DNA of 64,000 nt from Bacteroidales bacterium (GTDB lineage Bacteria > Bacteroidota > Bacteroidia > Bacteroidales > UBA932), in contig JAKSKK010000003.1 in assembly GCA_024401745.1 (NCBI GenBank), positions 2,287 through 66,286 of the forward strand, written 5' to 3'. Shown here piece by piece: positions 62,903 to 64,000 of the stretch. Under the pieces are notes generated by a model. That model worked only from the letters and a program-made list of their open reading frames with translations, was not told the DNA's origin and did no database searches. The position numbers were made by a program, and so were the translations under genes. Every line of letters starts with the position of its first letter. Positions within the stretch are counted from its first letter, which is position 1.

Positions 62903-63609
62903 TCTGCCTCACTGTTAAAATGGACGTCGGAGCAGTGCTCGAAGGTGAACTTGCGGTACTCTTCCATGCTCATTCCCATCTCTTCGGCCTTCTTTCTGGA
63001 GAGTTCCTCCACCAGCTCCATCCTCTCGGTGCCTCCGCTGACGTCGAAGATGGCCTTGAGCTCGGAGAGGTCCTCGGGGGCTATGTCCCTCAGGGCTCCG
63101 GGACCCTTGCCCTTGTAGTTGGCTCCCATTCTGGCGTAGCTGGCCTCCTTGTGCTCAAGGTGCCATTTCCATACGGGGCCTGACTCGGGGTGCTCCTCGA
63201 ACACGAAGGTGTCGGGATAGATGCAGTATCCGTATTTCAGGATGTTGCGGTTGAGGGATTCAGTGAGAGGGTAGACCTGTCTGCCTCGCTCCGATTCCGT
63301 GAAGTATCCAAGCTTGATGGAAAGGTTGCGCAGGGCCATTATTACCTTGCCGGGGGCGTTCCCCCTGGGGCAGCGGGTCATGCAGGACATGCACTCTCCG
63401 CAGTACCAGATGGTCTCGCTCTTCAGGAGAGCCTCTATCTCGTCGTTGTCGGCCCGCTGCACGGTGTCCACGATCTTGCGCGGGTCGTAGCGGTAGAATT
63501 CGGCGGCGGGGCAGATGGCGGTGCATGTGCCGCAGTTGATGCAGGCCTTCAGTCCTTCACGGAACCTGAAGTCCTTGAGCAGTTCACTATATAGATCAGG
63601 TGTGGCCAC
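62899..63609 (-). CDS. hdrC: HdrC-like 2x[4Fe-4S] subunit
   Basis: CINCGTCTAICP, IWYCGECMSCMTRCPRGN; GTG start. Confidence 0.85.
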   Translation of the reverse strand: MATPDLYSELLKDFRFREGLKACINCGTCTAICPAAEFYRYDPRKIVDTVQRADNDEIEALLKSETIWYCGECMSCMTRCPRGNAPGKVIMALRNLSIKLGYFTESERGRQVYPLTESLNRNILKYGYCIYPDTFVFEEHPESGPVWKWHLEHKEASYARMGANYKGKGPGALRDIAPEDLSELKAIFDVSGGTERMELVEELSRKKAEEMGMSMEEYRKFTFEHCSDVHFNSEAE

Positions 63610-63611
63610 GG

Positions 63612-64000
63612 TTATACGGGTTTAAGCTTTCTTGCAAGTCTCGCGCATAGTCCAGGGAAGAAGCGCTTGATGTACACCATCAGCAGTTCCTTGCGCCCGA
63701 CCAGGACCTCTCTCTTTCCTTTTGCTATCGCACGGGTTATCTTTCTGGCGGCCTTTGCGACGTCAAGTCCTCCGGCCTGGCCGGGGTCCATCTTTCCGTA
63801 GCGGGCGCCGCCCTCCACCAGTGCGTTCATCGATATGTTTGTCTGTACCCTTCCCGGGCAGACTATGGTGACGTCAATCTCGCTGTGCTCGGCTGCAAGG
63901 GTCTCGAAGAAACCGTAGAGCGCGAACTTCGAGGAGCTGTATCCGCATCTGAGGGGGAAGCCGAAGCGTCCGGCTATCGACGTGGTGACGGCTATGTGCC
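63612..64000 (-). CDS. Short-chain dehydrogenase/reductase (5' part beyond window)
   Basis: Hand translation gives HIAVTTSIAGRFGFPLRCGYSSSKFAL (YxxxK) and CPGRVQT. Confidence 0.85.
   Translation of the reverse strand, partial: HIAVTTSIAGRFGFPLRCGYSSSKFALYGFFETLAAEHSEIDVTIVCPGRVQTNISMNALVEGGARYGKMDPGQAGGLDVAKAARKITRAIAKGKREVLVGRKELLMVYIKRFFPGLCARLARKLKPV

Overview
GC-rich Bacteroidales chromosome segment (inferred from SusC/SusD genes, lipoprotein signals and many TAnnTTTG promoters). It contains no rRNA, tRNA, CRISPR array or prophage that I can support. All product calls come from motif recognition by eye; no database search was run. From left to right: (1) a starch PUL on the minus strand (MFS, SusC, SusD, 7-module SusE/F, SusG with CBM58, a GH53-CotH kinase fusion, and a double-GH13 fusion running off the left edge), divergent from a membrane-bound LytTR regulator; (2) a peptidase S51/ATP-grasp fusion, PepN, and housekeeping genes; (3) a ~110-nt G-U-rich rod hairpin in front of a TPR-LuxR regulator; (4) an NfeD/flotillin operon with a YozG-like repressor; (5) an 8-gene putative condensed-phosphate utilisation operon (DUF47/PhoU-LuxR fusion, OprO/P porin, lamin-tail-domain lipoprotein, CYTH-like, CYTH, DASS permease, membrane protein, metallophosphoesterase), which is my best candidate for an undescribed system; (6) an AT-richer patch with DUF2975/YozG and a RAYT transposase next to REP-like hairpins; (7) arabinan/arabinoxylan debranching enzymes; (8) pheS, C69 dipeptidase and MarR; and (9) an hdrC-B-A-C-ED-like cluster.
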